Of a stretch of DNA of 64,000 bases, positions 20,379 through 29,148 are shown piece after piece (within the stretch, counting starts at the first letter, position 1; each line of letters begins with the position of its first letter). Location of the stretch: contig CAXWPH010000005.1 in NCBI GenBank assembly GCA_963666055.2, positions 93,758-157,757 on the forward strand. The letters run 5' to 3'. The translations under genes were made by a program, and so were the position numbers. The notes beneath the pieces are model-generated. The model saw only the letters and a program-made list of their open reading frames with translations, was not told the origin of the DNA and searched no databases. The stretch comes from Acidobacteriota bacterium (GTDB taxonomy: Bacteria > Acidobacteriota > UBA890 > WLXD01).

Positions 20379-21176
20379 ATGCCACTCAAGCCCGAAGAAC
20401 AAGCACGCGAGATCGTAGCCCACTCGATACCGAGAGATGAGGCAAAGTCTTTTCTCGCGCTGTGCCAGGACATCGCCGTCTTCTGTGAGCGCGAGCTATC
20501 CGAGTTCGGTGTCGTTCCGAAATGTAAACCGTCGGAACTACTCGTGGTGCTGTTCGCACGCAGCATAGAGCTATACCTCGGCGTGCTTAGGCTGGCATCC
20601 CACGGCCATCCAGCTGCGGCACGTATCGTGGCCCGCAGCTTGCTCGAAGCGAGCTTCTTCTTCCGCGCCGCGTACGCGGGCAAAGTCACGCCGGACGACC
20701 TGGTCTCTGAGCATGCGCGTTGGCGTGAGAAGCTGATGAACAAGCTGCAAAACCAATTCGCAGCCGAGTTGCGCGAGGGTTTCGTCGTAACAGATGAACT
20801 CCGCGACGAGATCGTTCGCATGTCCGCTGAGGTGGGCTCAGGAAAGCTCTCGGTCGAGGAGGTAGCGCGGCGCGCTGGCGCACACGACGAGTACCTGCTC
20901 GCCTTTGAGCGTCTTAGTTCTACTGTGCATGTGACCAAGCGGGATCTACACCAGCAATTCGTTCGGCTACCAGATGGCGGCTCGCGGCTCGTCGTTATCT
21001 CCGACGATGTAGACGTCACCACCGTCGCTCTGGCCGCCCAGAAAACCCTGGTGATGGCGGTTGACGTCGCGGAGATGAATGGCCGAGACGTAGAGGCGGA
21101 AGCAGCGCGCAGCTCATCACAGGCTTGCAGCCCTTCACCGCACGAGGTGAGCTGTAGCCTTATAGCAGGCTGCTGA
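20379..21176 (+). CDS. DUF5677-like helical protein (possible HEPN-like)
   Basis: GGAGG SD; ARSLLE and YLLAFERLSSTVH motifs; the stop codon falls inside the IS-like end at 21166. Confidence 0.5.
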   Translation: MPLKPEEQAREIVAHSIPRDEAKSFLALCQDIAVFCERELSEFGVVPKCKPSELLVVLFARSIELYLGVLRLASHGHPAAARIVARSLLEASFFFRAAYAGKVTPDDLVSEHARWREKLMNKLQNQFAAELREGFVVTDELRDEIVRMSAEVGSGKLSVEEVARRAGAHDEYLLAFERLSSTVHVTKRDLHQQFVRLPDGGSRLVVISDDVDVTTVALAAQKTLVMAVDVAEMNGRDVEAEAARSSSQACSPSPHEVSCSLIAGC

Positions 21177-21181
21177 AAAAC
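21166..21181 (+). mobile_element. Solo IS5/IS1182-like end related to the CTAG MITEs
   Basis: (A)TAG-CAGGCTGCTGAAAAAC compared with CTAG-CAGGGTGCTGAAGAAC at 53366. Confidence 0.55.
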
Positions 21182-21319
21182 GGCCGCGACAGGCCATTTC
21201 GGGCTCTCGCATGGCGAACGGGTAGCCTGATTTGACTCGGTGTGGCAACGCAGTTACCACCGATGGCACCGCATCGAGGGTCGTTGGTTGTTGGTTGTTG
21301 TACCGTCACGTCGCCGCCT

Positions 21320-21970
21320 CAAGCGCTTCCTGCGAACCATTCAGTCGGCCCCGATTCGTGCCATCGAGATCAAGCCGAGCCAGGGCGCCAAGCCCGGCCT
21401 CGGCGGACTTCTGCCGGAGAAGAAAGTGTCCGCCGCAATTTCGGCGATCCGGAGCATACCCGTTGGCCAGAGCTGCGTGAGCCCGGCACGTCATTCGGTG
21501 TTCTCGGATGCGGACCGCATGCTCGATTTCGTCGAGATGCTAGCCGAGGAAACCGGTTTGCCGGTGGGTATCAAGTCCGCCGTGGGCGAAATTGACTTCT
21601 GGAGGCAGCTGGCCCGCCTGATGGCGGACACGGGGCGCGGTCTCGATTTCGTCACGATCGATGGAGGTGAGGGAGGCACCGGAGCCGGCCCGCTTGTATT
21701 CACCGACCACGTGGCGCTTCCGTTCAAACAGGGCTTTAGTCGCGTCTATCGAGAATTCGCTGAAGTCGAAGCTCATGACTGTTTCGTGTTCATCGTTTCT
21801 GGACGGCTGGGCTTTCAGAAATCTGCGGTCTTTTGGTCTGGGCTGCGGCATGATCAATGTGGGGCGTGAGGCCCATGATGGCCGTCGGCTGCATCCAGGC
21901 ACAACGCTGTCACACTGGCCACTGTCCTACGGGCGTAGCCACCCAGAACCGATGGCTCACCCGGGGCCTC
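21320..21970 (+). pseudogene. FMN-binding glutamate synthase family fragment, frameshifted
   Basis: AIEIKPSQGAKPGLGG, PVGIKSAVG, TIDGGEGGTGAGP, and GCIQAQRCHTGHCPTGVATQ in a second frame. Confidence 0.85.
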
Positions 21971-22029
21971 CCTTGCATCGCTTTCGATATCACGGCGGAC
22001 GGTACTGCTGCGACGGACATCGAGCACAT

Positions 22030-22230
22030 TGACCTGACCCCCGAAAACGGGTCCAGATGTAATCTCACGATCTGGGGCCATGACCCCACCCCGAAATCAG
22101 TACCAGTCAGAGGTTTAGGATTCGGTGTTCCGAAGCCTCCGGTTGCCAGCCCCTGGCGAACTCCGTAGGAGTTCGATCGTTCAGTGAGCTGTGTGGTCTG
22201 TGGGTATTGTAATCAGGCCTCCACCAGGAT
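22030..22230. mobile_element. IS3 left-end copy followed by the 3' end of another IS3 on the minus strand
   Basis: 22030-22077 closely matches 19471-19518; second end TGACCCCACCCCGAAATC at 22081; minus-strand WRPDYNTHRPHSSLNDRTPTEFA. Confidence 0.75.
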
Positions 22231-22841
22231 CGTGCGTGTGCGCGTCCGTTTGTTTCAGGGAGACGCGCCAGCAATCCAACGGGGGAAGGACCGCTCATTT
22301 GGCCATATTAATTTGTTCCATAGGGCAAGAACTTTGAGTTTTGCGAGCCGATTGAGGCTCTCTAAATCTGCAAGGGAGCGGGGACGGGTCTGATGTGGGC
22401 ACGTTCGACGTGCCGGACGGACTCTCGGCGGTCAGTGTCTTTCGACACCTCGACGAAGCCCGAGACGCCGGTGTCATGGGGCGCTTCTGAAATCGGCGTT
22501 CGTTCCGACCCACAGCGCGTCGGCCTTGAACGCGAGGCCGAAGCCGTTGCTGCCGCCCAGGACCTGACCCCGGCCGCCGGGCGTGCAAGACGAAGAGTTG
22601 GAGGACTCCACGGGGCGCATGTATCAGAGGTGCGTCGCCAGGACAGCTACACGAGCGCTGGGGAGTTCGAGAAGCTGCGGCCAGCGATCGGCGTGGTGCT
22701 CGAGGTGCCTAATCCTGGAGGCTGCTTTGCCGACGGGGCAGCCGGTCGCTAGCGCATTCGCCCTGCTGCGCCTGCATCGATAGCCGGCCTGGTCGCTTCA
22801 ATTGGCCGGAGAATCGGATCGAGGGCTCTTATTCTGCGACG

Positions 22842-24140
22842 CTAGCGCACGGCGGTCCCCGCGCTCCTTGTCCCTTCGGCCCCGCGATCGGCAACAGCGC
22901 TGAGCGCCCGCTCCACGTCCCGCCCCGTCGGACTCTGGAACACCCGCAGGTCAAACTCCGGCACCACCGCTAGCAGGTGGTCGAAGATGTCCGCCTGGAT
23001 CGCCTCGTAGCGGCTCCAGTCCTGATCGCTGCTGAACACGTAGATCTCGATCGGGAGCCCGTGGTCCGTCGGCGCTAGCTGCCGGACTAGGAGTGTCATG
23101 TGCTGGTGCAGCATCGGGTGGTGGCGGAGGTACGCCACCACATAGGCGCGAAACGTCCCGATGTTCGTCAAGTGGCGGCCGTCGGCCAGGCTCGCCGGGT
23201 CGACCCCGCGCTCCTCGTTCCAGCTGGCGACCTCCTCGTGCTTGGCCTTCAGATACTCGGCGATGTACTGAATCTTCGAGAAGCGCGCCAGCATCTCCTC
23301 ATCGCAGAAGCGGATCGAGCTGACGTCGATGTACATGGCTCGCTTGATCCGCCGGCCACCTGACTCCGACATCCCGCGCCAGTTCTTGAACGAGTCCGTG
23401 ATCAGCGCGTAGGTGGGAATCGTAGTGATCGTCTTGTCCCAGTTCTGGACCTTCACTGTTGTCAGCCCCACCTCGAGCACGTCGCCATCGGCACCATGCT
23501 TCGGCATCTCGATCCAGTCGCCGGTCGAGACCATCCGGTTCGCCGACATCTGGATGCCGGCGACGAAACCAAGGATGGCGTCCTTGAAGATCAGCATCGT
23601 CACCGCGCTCATCGCGCCGAGGCCGCTGAGCAGCAGCAGCGGCGAGCGGCCGAGGGCGAGCGACAGGACGCTGATGCCCGTCACAGCGCACAGCACCAGC
23701 TTGAGCACCTGAGCGAGACTCCGGACCGGTAGCTCCCACGGGAGCTGCGACCCTCGGACGATCTCGATCCCCGCGTTCACGGCGCTGTCGACCGCCAGCG
23801 CCGCGATGACGATCATGTAGATGAGCGCCCCTTGCCGCGCGACGGCTGTCAGCTGTGCGTATCCGGCCAGCACCGGAGTCGCAAATTGATAGACCACTAG
23901 CGCGGGTGCGAGATGCGCGACCCGGTGCAGCACCCGGTGCCGCAACACCACATCGTCCCATTGCGCACTCGTCCGCTGCGCGAGTCGTGTGATGCTTCGC
24001 ACCACGAAGCGCTTGGTGACGTAGTCAGCGATCAGCGCCACGAGCAGGACTAGCAGAACGCCTGCGAGGCGCGTCAGCAGCGTGGCGGCCGCCACCGTTA
24101 GGCCCCACCCCAGCAGCCGGTCCTGCAGCGCGTTAAGCAC
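22842..24140 (-). CDS. Mechanosensitive channel, MscS family (YbdG/MscM-like)
   Basis: FKDAILGFVAGIQ, GDWIEMPKHGADGDV, TVKVQNWDKTITTIP and SFKNWRGMSESGGRRIKR. Confidence 0.92.
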   Translation of the reverse strand: MLNALQDRLLGWGLTVAAATLLTRLAGVLLVLLVALIADYVTKRFVVRSITRLAQRTSAQWDDVVLRHRVLHRVAHLAPALVVYQFATPVLAGYAQLTAVARQGALIYMIVIAALAVDSAVNAGIEIVRGSQLPWELPVRSLAQVLKLVLCAVTGISVLSLALGRSPLLLLSGLGAMSAVTMLIFKDAILGFVAGIQMSANRMVSTGDWIEMPKHGADGDVLEVGLTTVKVQNWDKTITTIPTYALITDSFKNWRGMSESGGRRIKRAMYIDVSSIRFCDEEMLARFSKIQYIAEYLKAKHEEVASWNEERGVDPASLADGRHLTNIGTFRAYVVAYLRHHPMLHQHMTLLVRQLAPTDHGLPIEIYVFSSDQDWSRYEAIQADIFDHLLAVVPEFDLRVFQSPTGRDVERALSAVADRGAEGTRSAGTAVR

Positions 24141-24274
24141 GCGGGATCTCCATACCGCAGGATACTATCGTCGATGGTTCCCAAGCGCCTGTCGAGAGGT
24201 TAGGCTCGCGCTCCACTAACAGGTAGCTAACCGGTACGATGGCCCCGTTAGAGAACCGGGCAACGAGACGAGTG

Positions 24275-25400
24275 TGACCTTGCCCCGCTTTCCCGGACAC
24301 TTAGTTAAGATCCATTGTCGTAGTCGTAGTAGCGGCTGTGGGAGCTGTTGGCAACGCGGAGCGTTGTCCAAGCGACGGTGGAAATCGGGAGTCGATTTCC
24401 ACGGGCGCGTCAGCTTCCACAGCTGATTGGCCGCTCTGGCCTGGCCGCCGCATTGCCGCCTCGAACTGAGCCGGACTCTGGTCTCCGATCGAGGTGTGCA
24501 TGCGAGCCCGGTTGTAGAACACTTCGATGTAGTGGAACAACTCGGCTCGGGCCGCCGCCCGGGAACTGAAGCAGCCACCGAGTTCGAACTTCAGGGTAGA
24601 GAAGAAACTCTCCATCGGCGCGTTATCCCAGCAGTCTCCTTTCCTGCTCATGCTGATGGTGAAGCCACGGTCACGCAGCTTGTCTAGGTAATCGTCGCTG
24701 CTGTACTGGCTGCCGCGGTCGCTGTGATGGAGCACTCCGGAACCGGGACGGCGTTGCTCCAAGGCCTGATCCAGGACCGCCAGCGTCAAATCGTCCGTCA
24801 TCGTCTCGCTCACCGCCCAGCCGATGATCCGTCGCGAGCACAGATCCATCAGCACGGCCAGGTATAGCCATCCTTCCTGCGTCCACAGGTATGTCAGGTC
24901 GCCCACCCAGACGCTGTCCACGGCATCCACCGTGAAGCGCCGTGCCAGCACGTTGGGCGCCGCTGACCGCCCAGGTGTGGGCCGTGTTGTCACCCGGAAC
25001 CGACGGGGTTGGCGAGCTCGAAGTCCTTCCTGGCGCATCAGCCGAGCTACCCGCTTGCGAGAGCAGCGGATCCCTCGTTGCCGAAGTTGCTTGTGGATGC
25101 GCGGACTTCCGTAACGGTCGCGGCTCTCTCGGAATGCAGCTCTGATCTGCACACGTAGACGGCGATCTTCTCGCGCTCTCGGGCTCGGCCCCCTTCCTCG
25201 CCACTCGTAGTAACCGCCGTGAGACACCTCGAGCATCTTGCACAACCGCCGCACCGGGAACTTGCCGGACAGTTGCTTGATGATCGGGTACTTCATCGCG
25301 GGCGTTCCGAGAAGATCGCCAACGCTTTTTTTAGAATGTCGCGCTCCTGCCGTACTCGCCGCAGGTCCCGCCGTAGCCAACTCTCCAGGACCTCGCGCAC
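24275..25400 (-). mobile_element. IS3-family element lacking its left end
   Basis: Right end TGACCTTGCCCCGCTTTCCCGGACAC at 24275; orfA tail LRRVRQERDILKKALAIF; A7G slippery site at 25325-25332. Confidence 0.88.
24301..25296 (-). CDS. IS3 transposase OrfB (rve, DDE intact)
   Basis: WVGDLTYL, HHSDRGSQY and GDCWDNAPMESFF. Confidence 0.92.
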   Translation of the reverse strand: MKYPIIKQLSGKFPVRRLCKMLEVSHGGYYEWRGRGPSPRAREDRRLRVQIRAAFRESRDRYGSPRIHKQLRQRGIRCSRKRVARLMRQEGLRARQPRRFRVTTRPTPGRSAAPNVLARRFTVDAVDSVWVGDLTYLWTQEGWLYLAVLMDLCSRRIIGWAVSETMTDDLTLAVLDQALEQRRPGSGVLHHSDRGSQYSSDDYLDKLRDRGFTISMSRKGDCWDNAPMESFFSTLKFELGGCFSSRAAARAELFHYIEVFYNRARMHTSIGDQSPAQFEAAMRRPGQSGQSAVEADAPVEIDSRFPPSLGQRSALPTAPTAATTTTTMDLN

Positions 25401-25469
25401 CGCGACCTCAAGCTCCGCCCGGATGGCGGGACCCGCTAATTCGCTTCAGCTCGCTATCCTCTAAGTGCC

Positions 25470-25895
25470 TCATCGGCAACCCTCATCGCGCGCCATCGCT
25501 CGCACTGCATCTGCGTGAGCGGCGCTCACGATCCACTCCGCGGCGGTCAGCGTCTCAAGGTCCCGGCCCCACCATTGCCGGAGATTCTCGAGTGCCTCGT
25601 CCTCTGGCCAGCGCTCACCGTCGAAGTGAGCCACCAAGGCCGCAGCACCGAGGAACTCACGGCGGGACCCGTCCAGGCCGTACAACTGTGCGAGCTGGTG
25701 ATCGATGTCGAGGGGTCGGTGCCGTTCGCCGGGCGCGATCAGGGTCGCGAGCAGTTCCGCCTTGTGCGTTCGAAGATCCGTCAACAGCTCCGTCGTCAGG
25801 ACGGATCTGCGCGCTCGGTAGCAGAGAGACCCGCCGTCGACCCATAGCTCGATGCCGTCGGCTCGACAACGGGAGAGCAGATCGATCGAGGTCAT
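25470..25895 (-). CDS. Small protein with a TubC N-terminal docking-like domain
   Basis: LLSRCRADGIELWVDGGSLCYRAR..VLTTELLTDLRTHKAELLATL; ATGA overlap with the helicase gene. Confidence 0.65.
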   Translation of the reverse strand: MTSIDLLSRCRADGIELWVDGGSLCYRARRSVLTTELLTDLRTHKAELLATLIAPGERHRPLDIDHQLAQLYGLDGSRREFLGAAALVAHFDGERWPEDEALENLRQWWGRDLETLTAAEWIVSAAHADAVRAMARDEGCR

Positions 25896-27592
25896 AGCTG
25901 ACCTTCTGCGATGGTTTCGTCGCCGCCGGTGGTGACAACCGGCGACGGCGACAAAACCCCCAAGAGCTGACGTTCTGTCGCCGGTTCTGTCGCCACTGAA
26001 TAGCCCCGCTCCTTATGGGTTTTCTTAGTTGTGTCGCCATATAGGGTTCTGTCGCCATTGGAGGTTTCGTCGCCACTGTCGGCCAGTACGAATTCCCGAG
26101 TGGGACGCCCACCCTCGGGACCACGGTCGGGTTCGTGCCACTCCCCGGCACCCATCGCGACCAGCTCCTCAAGGGCTGCTGCCGCGGCGCCCGAGGTGCG
26201 GTAATGCCGCGGGCCCCTCGCTAGGTCGCGTTCGGTAGTACGGCCGCCGCGTTTCTGAATCCACCGCAAGAGCTGCCGATGATCCCCCTCGGTGGCTGAC
26301 CCGAGCATGTCGGTGACGGTTACGCCCTCGGCAGTACCTAGCCACTCGATACCGGATGTTGGTATCGGCCCGTCTGGACCGATGACCTCGCGCCCTTCAA
26401 TCCGAAGACGAAGAGGTTCCATCCGCGGGCCTAGGTTGCATTTGCCATGCGCGAGAACACGATCCGGCCCCTCTTCCGTGTCGTCGTCTGGGTCGCGGGT
26501 TAGCAGCAGCACCGAACGTGCCGCGGCGCTCAACGCCACCGATCCACCGACACGCCGAATGAGATCCGCTACCTGCGACTTGTTGAGATGCGCGATACCG
26601 ATTACGGCGGCGTCAGTCGCCTCGGCCATGCGGCAAAGGGGCGCAAGGGCACGGCGTAGGCTCGCATCGCGATGGGAGTCCACCTTGCCCGACAGATGAC
26701 CCATGATCGGATCAATAATGACTAGGCGCGCGCGCTCCTGTTCCACTCGGCGCTGCAGCTCGGGGACGTCGTCCGGCAGTGTAATGCTGCCGGCGAGCCC
26801 ATCGCGCTGCATCACGACGAAACTGACCTTATTGAGATCCGCGCTGGCCGCTTCTAGCCGTGCCCGCAGGACCGTAAGGGCATCCTCCGCGGTCGCGATC
26901 AACACGGGCACCGGCCGGCCGTGTAGGTCTCCGGGAAGATCACCCTTCGACACACGCGCGGCTACCTCGACGGCCGCCGTCGTCTTGCCAAGTCCTGGAT
27001 CGCCCACGAACAACGACAGGGCCCCGAGCGCCACGCGGCCATCCCACGCCCAGTTCACACGCACGGCGTCGATGTCAGCCGCGCGAACCAAGTAGAGACC
27101 ACGAGATGCCGGATCGGTCCTAACCGCTTCCAGATTTTCACACAGGCGCTCGATGATCTCGTCGGTATCGGTTCCCCTCTCCATCGCTTCGATAACCGCC
27201 GCGTTGGCCACCTCGACCATCCTGCGGCGCCGGGCGGCAGACTTGACGATACGCGCGTACTGATCGACGTTCGCCGCCGCCGGCAACCCATCGATCAAGC
27301 CAGAGATATATGCCGCTCCGCCGGCACGCTCCAGCACATCGCGTCGCACGAGTTCCTCGCGCAGAGTCACCATATCGATGGCCTCGGAGCGCTCCGACAA
27401 ACACGCCATGGCTTCGTAGATCAGCCGGTTGGCATCGCTGAAGAAGTCCTCGGAAGCGAGGACCTGGGCTGCGGCGTTCAACGAGTGGTTACCGAGCAGC
27501 ACCGCGCCGAGGATCGCCCTCTCGGCCTCGACATTGTTCGGCATCGAACGCTCCCGCGGCCGCGGCTGGGCTCGATCACGTAGCTGCCCCAC
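25892..27592 (-). CDS. Replicative helicase: DnaB N-terminal domain plus RecA/AAA_25 ATPase plus winged helix
   Basis: PNNVEAERAILGAVLL DnaB-N, Walker A GDPGLGKT, TAED, LVIIDP, AHLNK and GGSVALSAAAR; GTG overlaps the upstream TAG. Confidence 0.82.
   Translation of the reverse strand: MGQLRDRAQPRPRERSMPNNVEAERAILGAVLLGNHSLNAAAQVLASEDFFSDANRLIYEAMACLSERSEAIDMVTLREELVRRDVLERAGGAAYISGLIDGLPAAANVDQYARIVKSAARRRRMVEVANAAVIEAMERGTDTDEIIERLCENLEAVRTDPASRGLYLVRAADIDAVRVNWAWDGRVALGALSLFVGDPGLGKTTAAVEVAARVSKGDLPGDLHGRPVPVLIATAEDALTVLRARLEAASADLNKVSFVVMQRDGLAGSITLPDDVPELQRRVEQERARLVIIDPIMGHLSGKVDSHRDASLRRALAPLCRMAEATDAAVIGIAHLNKSQVADLIRRVGGSVALSAAARSVLLLTRDPDDDTEEGPDRVLAHGKCNLGPRMEPLRLRIEGREVIGPDGPIPTSGIEWLGTAEGVTVTDMLGSATEGDHRQLLRWIQKRGGRTTERDLARGPRHYRTSGAAAAALEELVAMGAGEWHEPDRGPEGGRPTREFVLADSGDETSNGDRTLYGDTTKKTHKERGYSVATEPATERQLLGVLSPSPVVTTGGDETIAEGQL
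25914..26074. repeat. Iteron array GTTnnGTCGCC, putative origin of replication
   Basis: Forward copies at 25914, 25972, 25984, 26028, 26046 and 26064, an inverted copy at 25947, and an AT-richer gap at 25995-26027. Confidence 0.7.
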
Positions 27593-27852
27593 TACGCGAC
27601 CTCGCCTCGGTCGCCGACACGGGCGGCGGTACCGTTGAGCCCGTTGGGCTGTCGAATGTCCAGACTCCGGCCCGCTAGGGCTTCCAGGACCGCCTCCTGC
27701 ATGCATCCGGCGTGACAGTGCACCAGCACCTGCCCGTCGCGCTCTGTCGCGCTCAGGCTCGGGTTGCGGTCCTCGTGCGCCGGGCAGGGGTCCATGCCAG
27801 GTCCATTGGATCGACCCTCGAGCGCGCGGACGATCTGCTCCAGGCTGGCCAC
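27592..27852 (-). CDS. Stand-alone primase-type zinc finger protein
   Basis: [12 protein letters not shown]...VLVHCHAGC. Confidence 0.7.
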   Translation of the reverse strand: MASLEQIVRALEGRSNGPGMDPCPAHEDRNPSLSATERDGQVLVHCHAGCMQEAVLEALAGRSLDIRQPNGLNGTAARVGDRGEVA

Positions 27853-27853
27853 G

Positions 27854-28078
27854 TCACGTTGACTGCTGGGGAGGGGCAGGTTGATCGCCCCCCGGCAGGG
27901 CGGTCGGACGGCTCGCTAACCACGCCTCGATGTCCGCCAGCCGCCAGGCTACGGCTCGGCGGCCGATGCGCACCGGACGGGGGAACTCCCCCGCATCCAT
28001 CGCAGCGTAGATCGCCGAGCGTGACAGTCGCGTGATCTGCTCGACTTCAGGACGCTTGATGAGGACTTGCTGCTCCAT
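27854..28078 (-). CDS. alpA: AlpA family regulator/excisionase
   Basis: [39 protein letters not shown]; SD AGGAGG. Confidence 0.92.
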   Translation of the reverse strand: MEQQVLIKRPEVEQITRLSRSAIYAAMDAGEFPRPVRIGRRAVAWRLADIEAWLASRPTALPGGDQPAPPQQST

Positions 28079-28189
28079 GAGGAACCTCCTTGGTTTTGGT
28101 GGTTCCTCACACTATGCAGGCGTACCTCGTGCCTGTCATGGGTGCGAGTTTCCGATAACCCGCCCCCACGGCCAGGGTGGCGCAGCCGA

Positions 28190-28849
28190 CTACCGCTTAC
28201 CCCGCCATATGTCGCGCATGGTGTTGTACGAGCTCACGTCGTGAATTCTCTCCTTGAGCACCCCGAGCACGATGTCGCAGGCGGACGGACGCTCCATCGC
28301 GTCGGTAGCCTCATTGCGCTCAGCATGCATGCCACACTCTGTCAGGATGTGGACCGCCCATCGGAGCACGTCATTTCGCTCGGCCATCTTGGGGGCCGGC
28401 CCTCTGCTGCCCTTGCCGCCTTTCGGTCGCGGACACCGGCCGTGGATTACGTCGCCTACCCAACGGTGCAGGGCTTGCCCGAGTGGACGTTTGCCTTCGG
28501 TGTGCGCGAACGTCCACGCCAGCGCGTCCCAATCTACGGGGCTAGTACGTGATCCTTCGATAGTGGATTCGATATCCTCGCGCGGGGTGTTGTCTTCGCC
28601 CTGAAGAAACAACGCAGCGTACATCCATACGTTGTAGTTGTGGGCGATCTCTGGGTTTCTCCACGACGGGTCCAGGTCGAGCCACAAGCCCACAAGCGCG
28701 CGCGCATCGTCGTTGGAAATGCGCTCTTTCTGCTCAATGAATCGTGTCCGGTGCTTATGGTGCAGCTTGGCGAACTCATCGTTCCGGGATTTGTCCAGGA
28801 CGGCACGCACAGGCAACACTAGTTGCCTCGCGCGCTCTTTTTTACCCAT
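28190..28849 (-). CDS. Hypothetical element protein
   Basis: 219-aa ORF between the integrase and alpA with protein-like composition. Confidence 0.55.
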   Translation of the reverse strand: MGKKERARQLVLPVRAVLDKSRNDEFAKLHHKHRTRFIEQKERISNDDARALVGLWLDLDPSWRNPEIAHNYNVWMYAALFLQGEDNTPREDIESTIEGSRTSPVDWDALAWTFAHTEGKRPLGQALHRWVGDVIHGRCPRPKGGKGSRGPAPKMAERNDVLRWAVHILTECGMHAERNEATDAMERPSACDIVLGVLKERIHDVSSYNTMRDIWRGKR

Positions 28850-29148
28850 GAGGCAGCGCCGGCGCGATGGTCTGGATCAGTGCGGCCGAGTGCAGCCCGG
28901 GCCCACTGATCGATGGGTACAGCAGCATCAGGCCCAGGATGACGGCCGGGATCAGCCTCAGCACGCGGCCCGAAAGGTTGATCCTGAGCGGGAGGAGATC
29001 GCCCATCCTCACGTTGCCGAACTCACCTCTGTCCATATCATCTCTCCGTAGGCACGGGGGCGGTGGGGTAGACACGTCTTCAGGGTAGCGTGCGTGGCCG
29101 TCTGCCAACCCGCCCAGTTCGGCAGGGAACCGACACGGGTATTGCTCC

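Noticed and set aside
22298-22840. Possible transposase or gene remnant between the IS3 end and MscS
   Set aside because: No convincing motif or matching terminal repeats found by eye
25914-26074. CRISPR array
   Set aside because: Repeats are only 11 bp, irregularly spaced, inside a CDS, and there are no cas genes
29070-29079. AGACACGTCT downstream of the integrase as another LexA box
   Set aside because: The spacer is 2 bp shorter than in the two matching boxes and the promoter register is absent
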